IMG/VR virus record: IMGVR_UViG_3300047284_000378
Length of the DNA: 64,000 nucleotides
Direction: 5' to 3' (one strand)
DNA from: a virus
A model generated the notes under the pieces. It had not been told where the DNA came from. It made no database searches and saw only the letters and a program-made list of their open reading frames with translations. The translations under genes and the position numbers were made by a program. Positions 9,148-18,887 of this stretch are shown one piece after another (position 1 is the stretch's first letter; each line of letters opens with the position of its first letter).

Positions 9148-9692
9148 GTGAATACGTACCTTAATCCGTCAGTTAGTCTTACTGGTTTGATAATTTCAAA
9201 ATTATGTTTTCTTGTGAAATAAGCGATATCTGCCATAGTCCATTTATATATGGCAAACTTAGGTGGAGTGATTTCTTCTAAGACAGGATTTACTCTCATA
9301 TAAATTCTGCCTCCGGGTCTACACCAATAATCTAATTTTGCTATCTGACTTTCGATCACTTCGAAAGAATGTAGGTTAGTGGCCCCTAGTGCAATCACAA
9401 CGTCAAACGATTCTTTTTCTGCTTCGTAATCTAGCATATCAACAACCACATCTGCTGCGGTATTATATTTGTCTATTCCGATTAGGTTTTTTATTCTTCC
9501 CTTAAAAGGATGATAGCCGCAGCCCACGTCTAGGACTTTTTCGTCATCGTTTATATCTGCTACGATAGCATCGTATTCTACTACCGCACTGGGATACTTC
9601 TCTGGATCGAAAAACTTTGGTCTCCAGTATCCTTCTTTAGAAGGATCATTGCTGTTTGTAAAATATTCTTTTAGATAATTTTCGTGGTTCAT
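9129..9692 (-). CDS. Class I SAM-dependent methyltransferase
   Basis: VLDVGCGYHPFKG...IGIDKY...ADV. Confidence 0.8.
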   Translation of the reverse strand: MNHENYLKEYFTNSNDPSKEGYWRPKFFDPEKYPSAVVEYDAIVADINDDEKVLDVGCGYHPFKGRIKNLIGIDKYNTAADVVVDMLDYEAEKESFDVVIALGATNLHSFEVIESQIAKLDYWCRPGGRIYMRVNPVLEEITPPKFAIYKWTMADIAYFTRKHNFEIIKPVRLTDGLRYVFTWQKQK

Positions 9693-10600
9693 AGAATATT
9701 ATATATCCTGGCTGCGTTGGTATAGCCTATCTTCTTGGCGATCGCAGGGTCTAGTTGATCTAATATACCTCTCCAAATCTTTACGATCGATTTGTAAGAT
9801 TTCCATCTTAGTTTTTTATGTGCATCAGTAGCGAACATCATTCGATCTTGATATTTTGTTATGAGATCAACCCATTCTGGCTTTATTACCCCGTCTAAAT
9901 CAATACATGCTCCGTCTACTTTTTCAAGAAAGTCAGGATTGACAATATTAAACCCACCTATGTCTTCGCCGGTATGGGCGATCCATAATGTTCTATATCT
10001 AACTAATTCTCTTTTACTTAGAGTAGGATATACATTCGGAAAGGTAGACAGCACATAATCAATCTGCTCGACGGTGGCGAAACCACAGTGAGGCCATATA
10101 AATTTAATATTTGGATAGGTTTTTAACATCCAACTAATATTTGGCCAGTCCCTTTCCCAATGATAAACTTCCCAATGGAACATCACTGGCACAGGATTTT
10201 TTGAAATTTCGTCAAATAGCTTCTTGACATTTGGAGATGAAGAATTTACATATCGCTCTAATGTTGGATTAACCTCTCCGTCGTACTTGTCAGCATGTGT
10301 AAACATTAGTTCGCCAACAAATTTTTGACCTTCTTTGTAAATTCCCTCTAGGATCTGAGACACATATACTTCTGTAAGATCATTTCTCTGATCATTTCTC
10401 TTGGCTGATCCCGGAATAACTCTATCTTTACAACTATCTATTAACATCTTTGCATGATGCCAACAGGCTCTTCCAGTTTTAGCTCGAGGAAATAACGCGA
10501 TATACTCTATTCCGGATTTATCTAAATCCGATAAAAACTGTTCTTTTGGCCACTCAAATTCTATTTGAGTCATCGCATCAATTAATTTTTCTGTATACAT
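9689..10600 (-). CDS. Amidohydrolase-superfamily (TIM barrel) protein
   Basis: FVGELMF, MFHWE, IWPHCG, PNVYPTLS and RMMFATD resemble Amidohydro_2 motifs. Confidence 0.65.
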   Translation of the reverse strand: MYTEKLIDAMTQIEFEWPKEQFLSDLDKSGIEYIALFPRAKTGRACWHHAKMLIDSCKDRVIPGSAKRNDQRNDLTEVYVSQILEGIYKEGQKFVGELMFTHADKYDGEVNPTLERYVNSSSPNVKKLFDEISKNPVPVMFHWEVYHWERDWPNISWMLKTYPNIKFIWPHCGFATVEQIDYVLSTFPNVYPTLSKRELVRYRTLWIAHTGEDIGGFNIVNPDFLEKVDGACIDLDGVIKPEWVDLITKYQDRMMFATDAHKKLRWKSYKSIVKIWRGILDQLDPAIAKKIGYTNAARIYNIL

Positions 10601-10603
10601 TGA

Positions 10604-11320
10604 TTAAATCTTATGTATAGTATTCTTGTCCGATTCTTGTAAGATCTTATCCGTTGCCTGAGAATTTATGCCGGTGACGACAAGAGTTGATCTGGGGAAT
10701 CTACTGGCATTTGCAGTAGCATGAGGAACATTAGGCCAATCGAAAATATGTACATCACCTGCTTTCCAGTGGCTGTAATGATGTGTACCGTATAGATAAA
10801 ACTGTCCCGGACGCCAATCTTCTAGCATTATTACGATTCTAGAAACAGTTTCAGGTTTATTCACATCCCTGACCTTTTCCCATAATTTGTCTATGTGAAG
10901 ATTAAACATCTGCCCAGGCATCTGAACATGTATCCAAGGCTTGTACCACTCTTTTTCCATCTTAAAGTAATTGGCCACAGAATTTAAAATAGGATAGTCT
11001 TCGATATAATCGTATCGATTGGCCATTTCTAATCCGGCAGGAGCGCCAGACTTTCGAAGATCATTCAATTCTTGTTCTAGCATATCAGAATATTGATCGG
11101 TTGAATCTCGATAATTCTTTCTGCTTTCCCAGGTAACGATTTTGTTTTTAGATTTCTCTATTACATCTTTTACTTCTTCGGCCCAATCGAGTTCGAATCT
11201 ACCCAGAGATCTAAACCATTCTCCTTCGTTGTCCTTTACAGTATCATCGAAATGATATTTGCTGTGAGACTTAGCCCATTCCCAACTGCTGCTATAATCA
11301 TCTTTTTCATTGAGTTTCAT
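10604..11320 (-). CDS. 2OG-Fe(II) dioxygenase-like protein
   Basis: NLHIDK (HxD), WKAGDVHIFDW, PHATAN and RSTL. Confidence 0.7.
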   Translation of the reverse strand: MKLNEKDDYSSSWEWAKSHSKYHFDDTVKDNEGEWFRSLGRFELDWAEEVKDVIEKSKNKIVTWESRKNYRDSTDQYSDMLEQELNDLRKSGAPAGLEMANRYDYIEDYPILNSVANYFKMEKEWYKPWIHVQMPGQMFNLHIDKLWEKVRDVNKPETVSRIVIMLEDWRPGQFYLYGTHHYSHWKAGDVHIFDWPNVPHATANASRFPRSTLVVTGINSQATDKILQESDKNTIHKI

Positions 11321-11537
11321 TTTTATGCTGCTCCAAAATTTTTCTACGTTCGAGTTCTTCTATTTCTTTTTCCATACGTATCATAAAGGCTTCGTCAGAC
11401 TCGTAGGTAGTTGACCAGATATATATTTTTCTAAAAATATCTTTGATACTATTCATCAACTGCATTTGGTCGCCTATAAATGTAAGTATTTTGCCGTCTC
11501 GCATCTCGCCTTCTTCCGTTTCTAGTACCCCAATCAT
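11307..11537 (-). CDS. Hypothetical protein
   Basis: 76-aa ORF filling the gap between operon genes; overlaps the upstream gene by 89 nt. Confidence 0.45.
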   Translation of the reverse strand: MIGVLETEEGEMRDGKILTFIGDQMQLMNSIKDIFRKIYIWSTTYESDEAFMIRMEKEIEELERRKILEQHKNETQ

Positions 11538-12159
11538 CTAACCAAAATTTATTTACGAAATTGATATATTTTTGATTTGAATCATCTTTCAATATTTCTT
11601 CAAGTTTTTCTTCGGAGACCGATATAGGAAAATCTAATGTCTGAGACAACGACTGTAGATAAAGATCTCTGTAAAGAAAAAGTGATTCGGTACTTAAAAT
11701 TACCGGTTTGTATTTCAACAATGTATTTTTGTAAACGTCCATGAAGACAGGTAGCGTGATTTTTAATCTTACTCTCATCTGTTGGTTCTGGAGAATATTC
11801 TTATCTCTAGAAATGATAGCTACCTTTACATCGAATCCGGCTTTTTTAGCATAATCAATAAATTTATCATAGTCCGGCAACTGCATGGCTTTTGAATCAT
11901 CTATGATTGATCCGTTGCTGCCTTTCCAAATAAATGGGCAGCTGGTATTAGTAACATAATGAGTATGGGGCCAGTCTAGCTCTAGAAATATAGAAGGATC
12001 TTTCCATACATCTGAGAAAGGTTCGAGGCCGTGACTCAACCAATATTCTGTTCTAAGTTCTTCCCAACCCTGTACTTCCGGACTTTCTGCGAATATCTTA
12101 CTCCAAAGATGATTGCCTGCGCCCTGTGGTCCGGTTACTATTAAAAGTTTTTTACTCAT
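11449..12159 (-). CDS. Sulfotransferase-like / P-loop protein
   Basis: MSKKLLIVTGPQGAGNHLWSKIF; paralog of 12708-13370. Confidence 0.55.
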   Translation of the reverse strand: MSKKLLIVTGPQGAGNHLWSKIFAESPEVQGWEELRTEYWLSHGLEPFSDVWKDPSIFLELDWPHTHYVTNTSCPFIWKGSNGSIIDDSKAMQLPDYDKFIDYAKKAGFDVKVAIISRDKNILQNQQMRVRLKITLPVFMDVYKNTLLKYKPVILSTESLFLYRDLYLQSLSQTLDFPISVSEEKLEEILKDDSNQKYINFVNKFWLDDWGTRNGRRRDARRQNTYIYRRPNAVDE

Positions 12160-12721
12160 TCTTAAGTCCTGTGACAAAACAACTATAGCGATTATTATTT
12201 CCGTTGGCAACTTCTTCGGCGTCAACATCTTTGTCTACATGAAAAATTTCCACAGTTTTGTCTTTTAAAAATGTTTCAACCTTTTCATATTGTTGTACAA
12301 TACGCTGTTCTAACTTCGCCGGATCCAAAGGAGTTTTACTCCTCTGCATCAGAGCTTCTCTCAACTTTCTCTTATAATTAGGCTTATTTTTAAATGTTAC
12401 AAAGAATTCACAGTCCTTATAATGTTCGTAGAGTCTATCGATACACTCGGCTAACTCCCATCCGTAATAAACAAATGTGGTTTCTCGAAAGTAGGTAAGA
12501 TGCTCGTTAATCGTTAAAATAATCCTGTCAAAAGGATCAGCATCTAGATCCATTCTAGACACAGCTCCAAATTTAAAGAATACTCTTTTTCCTTCTAGTT
12601 CTATATTAAAAATTTTATCGGCATGATCGATAAAAAATTCTTTTCCTTGTCCCATAGGAGCTATTATGAAAACAACTCGATTAGAAGTTTTTGAAACGAT
12701 TTCCATTTTATTTTTTATCAT
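12152..12721 (-). CDS. Hypothetical P-loop-like protein
   Basis: VVFIIAPMGQGKE. Confidence 0.5.
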   Translation of the reverse strand: MIKNKMEIVSKTSNRVVFIIAPMGQGKEFFIDHADKIFNIELEGKRVFFKFGAVSRMDLDADPFDRIILTINEHLTYFRETTFVYYGWELAECIDRLYEHYKDCEFFVTFKNKPNYKRKLREALMQRSKTPLDPAKLEQRIVQQYEKVETFLKDKTVEIFHVDKDVDAEEVANGNNNRYSCFVTGLKNE

Positions 12722-13370
12722 CCTCTATAAGATCTTCAATGGTCAGACCCACAGTTGTATGAGAATCCAGCCAATAGCTTTCAACGTATTTAAGATACTT
12801 TTCGTTAGGGCTTCCTTCTATGAATTTTAAAATATCGGGATTATCATAATCCACAGGAAAGTCTAATAGCTTTTCTAAATATTTTAAGTATTCGATTTTA
12901 TAAGCAAAAAAAGTTTCTAGACTTATAAAGTGTACTGGAAATTCACTCTTCAAAAGATCATTTACGATAAAACTCTTAGCAGAATCAATAGTGGGCCCTG
13001 AACGAATTCTCTTTTGTTGTAGCTTATTGATGCCTTCATCTCTGGTAATGATTCCGAACTTGACATCGATATCCCAGTCTCTAACAATTCTTGCGAATTC
13101 GAGAACTTTAGGATTGTACCTCATGCCGTCAAAATTTACCGGGTAACTTACATCAGTAGCAAAAAAATCGTGACTGTCAAAATAGTTACGTTTCAACAAC
13201 TGCGGATATATCCAATACTCTGCCAAGGGTTCACGTTGATGTTTGACAAAATATTGATTTTTTAACTCGTCCCATCCTTTTACCTTGTCGTGCAGACTAA
13301 AAACTCTGGCAAACAGGTGGTTGCCAGAGCCTTGGGGACCGACTAAAATAAGCATTTTTTTCGTTGACAT
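12708..13370 (-). CDS. Sulfotransferase-like / P-loop protein
   Basis: KMLILVGPQGSGNHLFARVF; minus-strand TAAATA at 13402-13407. Confidence 0.55.
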   Translation of the reverse strand: MSTKKMLILVGPQGSGNHLFARVFSLHDKVKGWDELKNQYFVKHQREPLAEYWIYPQLLKRNYFDSHDFFATDVSYPVNFDGMRYNPKVLEFARIVRDWDIDVKFGIITRDEGINKLQQKRIRSGPTIDSAKSFIVNDLLKSEFPVHFISLETFFAYKIEYLKYLEKLLDFPVDYDNPDILKFIEGSPNEKYLKYVESYWLDSHTTVGLTIEDLIEDDKK

Positions 13371-13429
13371 AACTGTAGAATAAACCTGTATTAACTACTA
13401 CTATTTACACGTTATCAACTCAGCCCGAG

Positions 13430-14497
13430 TTACTTCTTGATAACTAGCTGCGGCTTATATTCACTCTTGAAACCGTAGGCATTATCGTGCCAGTAAACTA
13501 AGGTCTGCAATTTCTTCTCAGTGACTTCTCTTCTAAGTGTATCGACTACAGCATTACCGTCGTTGCCTATGATCCATTCGTATTTTCCGGTATCGTTTTC
13601 CAGTGCTTTGGCTGCTTCTGGATCACTGACCATTTTGCGTACCGCTTCACGTAGTTTTTCTGTGTTAGGATTCCCCTTGTTAACCCAAAGAGCCTTTTGC
13701 AGAACATCTCTAAATTCTCTGCTTAGCCTGTAAGCTTCGTAGAATTCACCTCTAGGAGCAACTCCGTGTGCTTTACGGAACTGTGCTTCAAAAGTATAGC
13801 CTGGTTCGAAATTAGGATCATCATTTACACGCTTAGTTTTTAAATCATAGATGCCATGATGAAACCAAAGAATGTTATTTTTATCTTCAGAATAATATTT
13901 GTTCCAGGCTACTGTTGTTTCTCTAGTGGTATTAAGTTCACCACGCTGGAATCCCAGTCTTCTTTCCGGACCAGAAAGACCGTTGACCCAAACGATTCTT
14001 TGTTTAAAACAATTGAGATAATCTTCTTTGGCAGGTAGATTCCCACAGAGCAACATGATCACAGCCATACCGTCTGGTTCCATACCGCTACCGTTAGCAA
14101 TCTTTAATTTAGCAGTTTTCAGATCGATATCTTTCTTAACACCGACCATGATGTTAAGATTTTGCATGCCTATGCTGTCATAATTTTTGTAGTCGTATTC
14201 AACTCGGTCGACAAGATAACTCACACCATTGCCGCCATGGCTGACCATGATAGTTTTGTTATCAAATCGTAGTTTGTTATGGAATTCGTTAAAGCCTTGG
14301 ATATCCTTAGCACCTGGAAGATGCTGTACCACTACAGTCTCTCCTAGTTGTTTTTCCAAATGTTTAGCGATGATACCAGCCCATACTGCTGTTCCCTGTC
14401 CTGGACCTTGCGGGACGATCAATCTATATTCAGCATTGGCCGTGCTAGACAGCCCCAGGGCCACTAAAGCTGTGGCAATTAGTTTTATAACCTTCAT
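13430..14497 (-). CDS. tctC: Tripartite tricarboxylate transporter substrate-binding protein (TctC/Bug-like)
   Basis: Signal peptide; LIVPQGPGQGTAVWAGIIAKHLEKQLGETVVVQHLPGA resembles the Bug/TctC N-terminus; adjacent to tctA. Confidence 0.7.
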   Translation of the reverse strand: MKVIKLIATALVALGLSSTANAEYRLIVPQGPGQGTAVWAGIIAKHLEKQLGETVVVQHLPGAKDIQGFNEFHNKLRFDNKTIMVSHGGNGVSYLVDRVEYDYKNYDSIGMQNLNIMVGVKKDIDLKTAKLKIANGSGMEPDGMAVIMLLCGNLPAKEDYLNCFKQRIVWVNGLSGPERRLGFQRGELNTTRETTVAWNKYYSEDKNNILWFHHGIYDLKTKRVNDDPNFEPGYTFEAQFRKAHGVAPRGEFYEAYRLSREFRDVLQKALWVNKGNPNTEKLREAVRKMVSDPEAAKALENDTGKYEWIIGNDGNAVVDTLRREVTEKKLQTLVYWHDNAYGFKSEYKPQLVIKK

Positions 14498-14507
14498 GGT
14501 TTTCTCC

Positions 14508-15956
14508 TTAGTGATATTCTAGACCTCTATTCGGTCGTGTAATACTATAGATCGCTATTCCGATAGCTATGGCTATCAATGAAAGGAACAACGGTCTAGA
14601 TAACAAATCTTCTGGTGTGTAGAGAGTAAATGTTTGTAGAGTGAGTTTTTCTAGTCTTTCTGATAATATAAATGCTACCATTATCGCTGGACGACTGATG
14701 CCGGTATATTTACAGACCAAACCTAACAGGCTACACAATATCAACATATAGATATCGTTTATAGTGCCTGTGTACTCTAAGCAACTCCAAAATATCACTG
14801 ATAGGATCAGTGATGCATATATCCAATATGGTATTTCTAACAATTTAACCACTAGCCTTGTAGTGAACATAGCCAAGAACATGACTAGAATAGTGCTGAT
14901 GATAAACGAAGCACCCAAACTCCATAAGAACTTTGAGTCTTGTAGCAGAGCAGGGGTTCCTAATTCTATTCCAAAATACATACATATGGCCATCATCACT
15001 GCTGCGAATGGTGCTGCTGGAATACCAAATAACACCGTAGGTACTAGGCTACCGGCTTTTTGTGCATTATTGGCACCTTCGCAGCCCAGGAGTCCTCGGA
15101 CATTGCCGTTACCGAATTTTTCGTTAGGATACTTGGCCACCGTCGCTCCGTAGGCCATGATGTCTCCGATAGTTCCGCCTATGCCCGGCAATAGTCCTGT
15201 AAAGAATCCAATAACTCCTCCGCGCATCATATCTCTGCGATAAGTCCAACAGTCTTTAAACCCCTGGAATAACTGTCCCCAATAATCTACTATCGGTGCA
15301 GCTCTTAATTTTTTATTCCTAAATCCTTCAACGACTTCGGGAATACCGAACAGTCCTGCGATCAGGGGTATGATCTGTATTCCTGCTTCAATATATTGCC
15401 AGCCCCCTGTCCATCTAGGAGCATTTGTAGATGGATCTAGTCCTATCATTCCTATAAAAATACCAACTGCTATGCCTACAATACTGAGCCAAAAGTTTTT
15501 ACTAGCGATAAATCCCACACATGACAAGGCGATGATCATGAATGCCAACATGTCCGGTGTGCTCAATTTCATGATCAACATACCGTACAAGGGCATCAGT
15601 GCGAATGCTACTAGTCCCCAGAACACACCGTTAATGGTAGAATCCATGATAGCCACACCTATAGCTCGAGCAGCCTGACCATTGAGACTCATCTGATAGC
15701 CGTCTATTATTGAAGCTGCTGTGGTATTTGAACCAGGTATGCCTGTTAATATACTAGTAAAAGAATCTCCTGTACTAGATGCTGCGATAAGACTAGTTAG
15801 GAAGACCACTCCAAGATATGGGTTAGCTAAAAACTGATCTGATAGAGCAAACACTGTTAACAGTCCAGTGGTCGCGCCTGCCATAGGAATAATTCCAATA
15901 AGGAGACCATATGCTGTCCCTATGAATATCCAAAATGCGTAGAGTAGTAGTTCCAT
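14508..15956 (-). CDS. tctA: Tripartite tricarboxylate transporter large membrane subunit
   Basis: Polytopic membrane protein with GIIPMAG, SILTGIPG, GLFGIPEV, GLLPGIGG and GCEGANNAQKAGSLVPTVLFGIP signatures. Confidence 0.9.
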   Translation of the reverse strand: MELLLYAFWIFIGTAYGLLIGIIPMAGATTGLLTVFALSDQFLANPYLGVVFLTSLIAASSTGDSFTSILTGIPGSNTTAASIIDGYQMSLNGQAARAIGVAIMDSTINGVFWGLVAFALMPLYGMLIMKLSTPDMLAFMIIALSCVGFIASKNFWLSIVGIAVGIFIGMIGLDPSTNAPRWTGGWQYIEAGIQIIPLIAGLFGIPEVVEGFRNKKLRAAPIVDYWGQLFQGFKDCWTYRRDMMRGGVIGFFTGLLPGIGGTIGDIMAYGATVAKYPNEKFGNGNVRGLLGCEGANNAQKAGSLVPTVLFGIPAAPFAAVMMAICMYFGIELGTPALLQDSKFLWSLGASFIISTILVMFLAMFTTRLVVKLLEIPYWIYASLILSVIFWSCLEYTGTINDIYMLILCSLLGLVCKYTGISRPAIMVAFILSERLEKLTLQTFTLYTPEDLLSRPLFLSLIAIAIGIAIYSITRPNRGLEYH

Positions 15957-16130
15957 AAAAATATAAGATTGTTAACTGTTATATATCGAACCGGTAAAAA
16001 ATTTTAATGTTTCTTGGTTTTTTTATCCGGGCTTGAAAAAATCAGACTTTTTAAATTTTTTTTACGGTAAATTTATTTTTTATGAATCTGTCTTTGTTGT
16101 AAATAACACAGACATTACAAAGGATCGATC

Positions 16131-16841
16131 ATGGTAGACGAAAGTAAAATTATTTTTTATACTGGTGCGCCCGGTAGTAAATGGAGTGCTACTGCTCATC
16201 TTATAACCAAAAATAAAAAATATCCTATCAATACTTCGGATTATGCACCTGACAAGATCTATACACACAAAGGTTCACAGATTTCACATCAGGGTGCCTA
16301 TTGGGGTCCAGGTAACGGTATCGGAGAAAACTTTCATCAACTACATACCATGACCAAAGAAGAAATCCTAGAAGAAATCGACAAACCGTATAAAGATAAG
16401 AGTTGGAACGAATATCGACTGATCAAATGTCACCACTTTAGTTCGCAGCTCGAGTGGATCAAAGATAACTTTCCGGAAAGCAAGATACTCATAGTTCTTC
16501 GACCCGATAACACTTGTCTTAGAGGATGGCTGGCCACAGGCGGATTTACTGACATCACCTACCCAAACTACTCTGTATTTTACAAAAATAAGTTTGTTCT
16601 TGAAGAAAAAATCATAGAAGAGAATAATGCTGCTAGAAAATTCATCTATGATCATGACCTCGATCTAAATGTAGTAAGGAAAAAATACTGGAAAAAATGG
16701 TGGGGCGTTGACTGCGATACGGAAGAAAAAGAAACCTATATGTCTTCTCTGGAACGAAGAATGGATTCAAACGAAATACAGGAAGTCTATAGATTTGATG
16801 TTACTATCGCAGATTATAATTTCAAAGATTTATCTTCGTAG
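16131..16841 (+). CDS. Sulfotransferase-like / P-loop protein
   Basis: IIFYTGAPGSKWSA and HQGAYWGPGN; TAAATA at 16100-16105. Confidence 0.5.
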   Translation: MVDESKIIFYTGAPGSKWSATAHLITKNKKYPINTSDYAPDKIYTHKGSQISHQGAYWGPGNGIGENFHQLHTMTKEEILEEIDKPYKDKSWNEYRLIKCHHFSSQLEWIKDNFPESKILIVLRPDNTCLRGWLATGGFTDITYPNYSVFYKNKFVLEEKIIEENNAARKFIYDHDLDLNVVRKKYWKKWWGVDCDTEEKETYMSSLERRMDSNEIQEVYRFDVTIADYNFKDLSS

Positions 16842-18083
16842 ATCAAAATATCTATCTTTGTCAAGTTTCCAAACTACCTGACGGACACCGAATACTTCTT
16901 CCTCTCCGCAGTTAACTACCATACCGCCTTTCTCCATTTGGAAGAACGATCGGTGTACCCTAGACATACTTCCGCTGGCATCGTTGTCTATATTGGTTGT
17001 AATATAGATCGGGACATCTTTTCCTGAAATAGATTCAGCATACTCTATCTGCAAAGGCAACTGCGAGTGAACACAGTATGACTGCATCTGGTACCTATTA
17101 AGACCCTGTATAGGCCTAGTTTCTGTTTGAGCTCCCCTAAACAATGCTCGCCAGCCGTCCTTAAACGGATGGATTCCGCTGATAGAAATAATCTTATGAT
17201 CTTTGACGGTCACCCACCAGGATCCATTCTGTTCTAGACACCAACTGAATCTCATAGCTGACAAAGAATTATTATTATGATATCCTAGATCATCGCAGGT
17301 GCTGCAAAAATCTTTTAACATGATCATGTCTTTTCTTTCTAGCTTTTTTGTAATAACAGTTGGCTGGAACGAATCCTCCTTTACGAAATCATGTACCTTA
17401 TTATAATTCTGTTCGTTAGCTGTTAGATCAAAATGTCTACATAGATCTTGGAATTTGTCGTAGTCTAGTAGTTGTTCGATGTCATCTATGACATAATCCT
17501 GCTCTTGGATATTTGATTTGTAATTGTCTAATAACGAATTAATATATGTTTTAATCCAAGTTTCGTAGCCAATGTCTAAATGTAGACTTTCAAAATGCTG
17601 ATAAAATGTTTTTTTCTTTGGGTCAGCATAAGAATAAACAAAATTTGCGGTAGTTTTGATGAATCTATTCACTAGCTTATCTACATCACTGCACAAAACC
17701 ACTAGATGTTTAGAGTCTTTGAATAGCTGCTTACTAGCATCTAGTCTTGCATGTAAAGGATAAACACAATAAAAAGGAGATATTTTCTTTGACCAGCTGT
17801 CAAGAATCTGCCGTTCATCTAAGCTATATTGATTTCTCTCAGCCATATCTAGCACAGGAGGAATAGTAAAATCATCTATGCCTATGCCGCTGGCACCTCT
17901 GAACCTACGATCGAAGTGAAATTTAGAAATATTTCCCATGTCCATACCCATGGCAGGTAACCACGGATGATCACCATTCTTGAAATGATCGTACCATCGA
18001 ACATTATCGCAAGAAGCCAGCAACCTGCCTATCTGGTGACCTTTGGCTCCTGGTACAAATATTATAGGAATGATATTCTGCAT
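16830..18083 (-). CDS. Two-domain protein: sulfotransferase-like N-terminus plus GNAT-like C-terminus
   Basis: IFVPGAKGHQIGRLL at the N-terminus; ISISGIHPF...WRALFRG...IYITTN at the C-terminus. Confidence 0.4.
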   Translation of the reverse strand: MQNIIPIIFVPGAKGHQIGRLLASCDNVRWYDHFKNGDHPWLPAMGMDMGNISKFHFDRRFRGASGIGIDDFTIPPVLDMAERNQYSLDERQILDSWSKKISPFYCVYPLHARLDASKQLFKDSKHLVVLCSDVDKLVNRFIKTTANFVYSYADPKKKTFYQHFESLHLDIGYETWIKTYINSLLDNYKSNIQEQDYVIDDIEQLLDYDKFQDLCRHFDLTANEQNYNKVHDFVKEDSFQPTVITKKLERKDMIMLKDFCSTCDDLGYHNNNSLSAMRFSWCLEQNGSWWVTVKDHKIISISGIHPFKDGWRALFRGAQTETRPIQGLNRYQMQSYCVHSQLPLQIEYAESISGKDVPIYITTNIDNDASGSMSRVHRSFFQMEKGGMVVNCGEEEVFGVRQVVWKLDKDRYFDLRR

Positions 18084-18814
18084 TAGCCTTTTCTCGGCTG
18101 ATTAAGATCCACGTCAGTGTTGGTCCTGCCTAGATAAAACAGAGTTCCTCCAACGTCAACTACTCGATCTTTAGTTCCGTACCAATCATCATAGATACAG
18201 ATATCCCCTTTGACATATAACTCCCCGTTCCTGATGTCAGTATCACAGAACTTGGTATCTCCCATTATGGTAGAATGTAAAGGTCCTAATGATGCGTATC
18301 TATCAACGGTATCTACCGAATCGAATTCTTTATTGATAGCCAATGGGCCTATCTCTGTCATGCCCCAATTGGTTATAAATCTAGCTCCCTGTGCCACAAA
18401 TGTTCTAACGATATCCCAGGTAACTGGATCTGCACCGCAGGTGATCGTGATACCATTTAGGTCTAGATTATAGAAGTTTTTGGTAGACATTATAGCTTTG
18501 GCATGTAAAGGAGTTATGTGAGTATGTGTATAGTTCTTGATATCTCTAACCCAATCATAGGCGCTGAAGGCTACAATATCTACTTTGGCTCCTATTTCCA
18601 AACCTGGTAATGTCTGAGCTAATAGACCGCCTGCATGGGTGATCTTACAACAGGTATAGATACTACTATGCTTATCGATACCCTGAACCTGTCTAGCCAC
18701 TGAGTTGGCTGCTTTCAATTTTTTAGGAGACTGATAGAATTCTTTGGCCGTACCGCTGGTTCCAGAACTCTGTATAGTAATTCCATTTTTTAGGATAGTT
18801 AAGTAATCGATCAT
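18083..18814 (-). CDS. Minimal adenylate-forming (ANL / acyl-CoA synthetase-like) enzyme
   Basis: SSGTSGTAK (A3), WGMTEIG (A5) and LFYLGR (A8) in only 243 aa. Confidence 0.75.
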   Translation of the reverse strand: MIDYLTILKNGITIQSSGTSGTAKEFYQSPKKLKAANSVARQVQGIDKHSSIYTCCKITHAGGLLAQTLPGLEIGAKVDIVAFSAYDWVRDIKNYTHTHITPLHAKAIMSTKNFYNLDLNGITITCGADPVTWDIVRTFVAQGARFITNWGMTEIGPLAINKEFDSVDTVDRYASLGPLHSTIMGDTKFCDTDIRNGELYVKGDICIYDDWYGTKDRVVDVGGTLFYLGRTNTDVDLNQPRKG

Positions 18815-18852
18815 GTTTGGTGCCCTAGATTAAATATTTAATGCGCATTAGG

Positions 18853-18881
18853 TTGTTCTTATCAATTTAAGAATATATAAT
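18853..18881 (+). promoter_or_regulatory. Sigma70-type promoter of the tRNA-like gene
   Basis: TTGTTC, 17 nt, TATAAT 18876-18881; predicted start coincides with G1 of the RNA at 18888. Confidence 0.6.
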
Positions 18882-18887
18882 ATCATT

